Shown here: piece by piece, positions 61,503-64,000 of the stretch | Layout of the letters: each line of letters opens with the position of its first letter | Numbering within the stretch: the first letter of the stretch is position 1 | Origin: an uncultured cyanobacterium | GTDB lineage: Bacteria; Cyanobacteriota; Cyanobacteriia; Cyanobacteriales; CAWCAG01 | Direction of reading: 5' to 3' | DNA: 64,000 nt | Assembly (NCBI GenBank): GCA_963803805.1 | Contig: CAWDOD010000011.1 | Coordinates: 352,001 to 416,000 of the forward strand | The notes under the pieces: model-generated | Database searches by the model: none | Told to the model about the DNA's origin: nothing | What the model saw: the letters and a program-made list of their open reading frames with translations, nothing else | Program-made: the position numbers and the translations under genes

Positions 61503-62291
61503 ATGTGTAACTTTATGGTAAGCTCTCCTTCACGTACATCTAGCACTCAAAAATATGACAGCCAAGAACTAGCTGAAAGAGGCTGGCGAGTTGTCATAGA
61601 TCCTGAAGCTAATGATGGTAGCACCATCTGGATCCCCCTCACCTCAGAACAATTTCTCCACCCCACCGAAGATTGCCACTTGCCTAACTCTACCTTTCAC
61701 AATGAAGTAGCTGGTCATGCCGAAGATGTTCTCAATCGCCGCTATGCCGAAGACCACACCGTGGGAGTATTTCGCGACTTAATTGTCGAATGGGACACAG
61801 ACCAAGGAGACAACTGCCCGGACATCTTTGTCGCTTTTGGTATCAAAAACAAAGAGATTAATCGCAGCAGGTTCATTGTCAAAAACGAAGGAGTGCGACC
61901 AGGCTTAATCATAGAAGTAGTATCCCCTAACTACCGCAAAGAAGATAGAGAGACAAAAGTAGTGCAGTATGCCCAAGCTGGAGTAGGGGAATATATAATC
62001 GTAGACCGTCGCAAGCTGCGGGGAAAAATACTAGAAGAAGTCTTGGGCTATCGGTTGGTAGGAAGTCATTACCAACCTATTACCCCCGATGAAGAAGGGC
62101 GTATCCTGTGTGAATCGGTGGGAGTGTTTATGAGCTTACGGGAAGGAAGTTTAGTGGTAGAGGATACTGCATCTGGAGAGCGTTTGCTTTCTTCTGTGGA
62201 ACTGGAGGAAGCCAATGCAGAGATGGCTAAACTTCTAGCTCGTTATCAAGAGCAGTTTGGGGATCTGCCAGAGGATGGCAATGAAGTTTAG
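61503..62291 (+). CDS. Uma2-family (PD-(D/E)XK) putative endonuclease
   Basis: CPDIFV, IEVVSP..RKED...K...YAQAGV.EY.IVD. Confidence 0.9.
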   Translation: MCNFMVSSPSRTSSTQKYDSQELAERGWRVVIDPEANDGSTIWIPLTSEQFLHPTEDCHLPNSTFHNEVAGHAEDVLNRRYAEDHTVGVFRDLIVEWDTDQGDNCPDIFVAFGIKNKEINRSRFIVKNEGVRPGLIIEVVSPNYRKEDRETKVVQYAQAGVGEYIIVDRRKLRGKILEEVLGYRLVGSHYQPITPDEEGRILCESVGVFMSLREGSLVVEDTASGERLLSSVELEEANAEMAKLLARYQEQFGDLPEDGNEV

Positions 62292-62314
62292 GTTAGGATA
62301 GTGGGGAGTATTAG

Positions 62315-63763
62315 CTAACCTAAGAACTCTATAGCTAATTTGATTACTTCTACCACTCCTGTAGCAATAAGCCCATTAGCTGCTGCATCTGCTACATATT
62401 GTCCCCACTTGACTAGTTTGTTTTTGAACGTAGGATTTTTATTCGCTTGGGTGGCTAAATCGCTAGCTACTTTATTCTTAGCTCCTTGGCTGCTGAAGCC
62501 TTGAGTTTCTAGTTGAGCTAAGAGTTTTTGAATGTTTGCAGCTACTTCTGCAAGGGTTTCTTTTTCGTTTAAGTTCTCAATTATTTGTACCGTGCCTTGT
62601 ATGGTTCCACCCTTCTGGACACCAGCTACAAAGTTTCCTCTTTGATTGATACTATCTCCTGCCATAGCATTATTCTCTACATTAATTGGCCTACTAGCTA
62701 GTAGCTTAGCAATTTCCATCATGTCTGCGCTTTGGCGGTGATAAATGTTTATCTCTCTATCTTTAGCTTGTAACTGATTGCGATATTTCTCTTCTACTGC
62801 CTCTAACTGTAGTTGGTACTTTTGCCAGAAGAATTTTTCCATTTCACCTTTATCAAAATCATCTGGAACAGCAACCTTAACAACAAAAGCACCGTTATTC
62901 TTGCTTTCTATAGCTTGTATTCTGAGATTAATTTCCCCTGCTTCTACTTGTAGGGCTTGTAGTGAAGGGAGAAAGGCTTGCCAGTCAATACCCTTACTGA
63001 AGATGAGGTCAAGGGTTTCATTGGCTTGTTCAATAAGGCTGATGAATTCCCCAGGAGCAAAGTTTTTGTTAAGGTCATGGGGGCGACGCTCAGAGAAAAC
63101 CCATTCTGAGTCTTGATATTCTTCTTTTAGATAAATGTACTCGCAAATAACATCCTTAAATTGGGTTTCACTATTGATATGCCAGTCTTCAATACAAGCA
63201 CCTGTTAGATTAGCATTTTTGAAATTTGTTTTGAGCGCTTGAGTAGCAATGAGTTTAGTACATCCGAGGTTTGCATTATCGAGGTTAGCACTATCGAGTT
63301 TTGTATCTCTGAAGTGGGCATTTTTGAGATTAGCATTTTTGAGATTAGCACTATTGAGGTTAGCACTATTGAGGTAGGCAAATCTAAGGTCTGCATTTCT
63401 GAAGTCAGCCCCTCTAAGGTTGGCAAGATCCAGGTGGGCGCTTTTGAGATTAGCATCTCTGAGGTCTGCGTTTTTAAGCTTAGCACCCACAAGATAAGAA
63501 CCCATGAGATTAGCGTATTTGAGGTCAGTCGCTCCGAGGTCTGCATTTCTAAGGTCAGAGCTACTGAGGTTAGCATCTCTAAGGTTCGCACCTCTGAGGT
63601 TAGCGCTATTGAGGTAGGCGAATCTAAGGTCTGCATTTCTGAGGTTTGATCTACTAAGGTTAGTACCTCTGAGGTCTATCTTAACTCTAGGATTCTCTGC
63701 TCTCCATTTATTCCACTCCTCTACACTCCTCTTAAGCAAACCTAACTGCTCTTGGTCTACCAT
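62315..63763 (-). CDS. Pentapeptide repeat protein with C-terminal globular and helical extension
   Basis: WNKWRAENP, about 30 A(N/D)Lxx repeats, LTGACIEDW cap, then about 280 aa of non-repeat sequence. Confidence 0.9.
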   Translation of the reverse strand: MVDQEQLGLLKRSVEEWNKWRAENPRVKIDLRGTNLSRSNLRNADLRFAYLNSANLRGANLRDANLSSSDLRNADLGATDLKYANLMGSYLVGAKLKNADLRDANLKSAHLDLANLRGADFRNADLRFAYLNSANLNSANLKNANLKNAHFRDTKLDSANLDNANLGCTKLIATQALKTNFKNANLTGACIEDWHINSETQFKDVICEYIYLKEEYQDSEWVFSERRPHDLNKNFAPGEFISLIEQANETLDLIFSKGIDWQAFLPSLQALQVEAGEINLRIQAIESKNNGAFVVKVAVPDDFDKGEMEKFFWQKYQLQLEAVEEKYRNQLQAKDREINIYHRQSADMMEIAKLLASRPINVENNAMAGDSINQRGNFVAGVQKGGTIQGTVQIIENLNEKETLAEVAANIQKLLAQLETQGFSSQGAKNKVASDLATQANKNPTFKNKLVKWGQYVADAAANGLIATGVVEVIKLAIEFLG

Positions 63764-64000
63764 TGAAAATCATTAAGTACATTACTACAGCCGAAAAACA
63801 TTTCTCGGTTTTATCTGTATTCTAATCAGCAAATTTACTACCTACCAAAAACTTTCTTAACCATCAAAGTAATCTCGATACTAAGCCGCCCATTGCTACC
63901 CTTTGTTTCACTCTCTTCTTTTGAAACTTCGGGAAAAGAAACATAATATTCCTGAAAATCTACTTGAAACAGAGTTAAAGAGAATATGCTTAACTTGGGA

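Noticed and set aside
60581..62291. sfsA + Uma2 as a nuclease defence pair
   Set aside because: Both are widespread in cyanobacteria and Uma2 is highly multicopy. They are divergent, with no methylase or other defence gene nearby.
62778..63649. Alternative-frame repetitive ORFs (112, 143 and 136 aa)
   Set aside because: They are frame shadows of the pentapeptide repeat gene.

Overview
This is 64 kb of a cyanobacterial chromosome. It is AT-rich, carries about 39 HIP1 (GCGATCGC) octamers by manual count, and has heptamer-type short tandem repeats in many intergenic gaps. Most of it is housekeeping: the 5' end of rne, iscS, folK, rsmH, ligA, lepB, hemJ, queG, ggt, fghA, recN, cyaB2, mnmA, nnr, efp-accB, bioF and sfsA. 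I found no rRNA, tRNA, CRISPR array or intact transposase. The accessory modules are: two tandem membrane Ser/Thr kinases followed by an orphan PhnF-like regulator; an arsenosugar-type cluster (TauE exporter, ArsM-like methyltransferase, ArsS radical SAM, DedA/TVP38); a signalling island (hybrid kinase with a degenerate receiver, NarL regulator, RsbU-like phosphatase, RsbW-like kinase); and a two-partner secretion locus. In that last locus the TpsA ends in a C-terminal domain I do not recognise, and the tpsA-tpsB spacer is densely structured. Features missing or misread in the ORF track include the rne 5' end, a CHAT-domain relic whose homology starts at a HIP1 site, a gene split by a +1 frameshift, and two roughly 35-aa single-TM microproteins. 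All family assignments come from motif recognition by eye; no database search was run.
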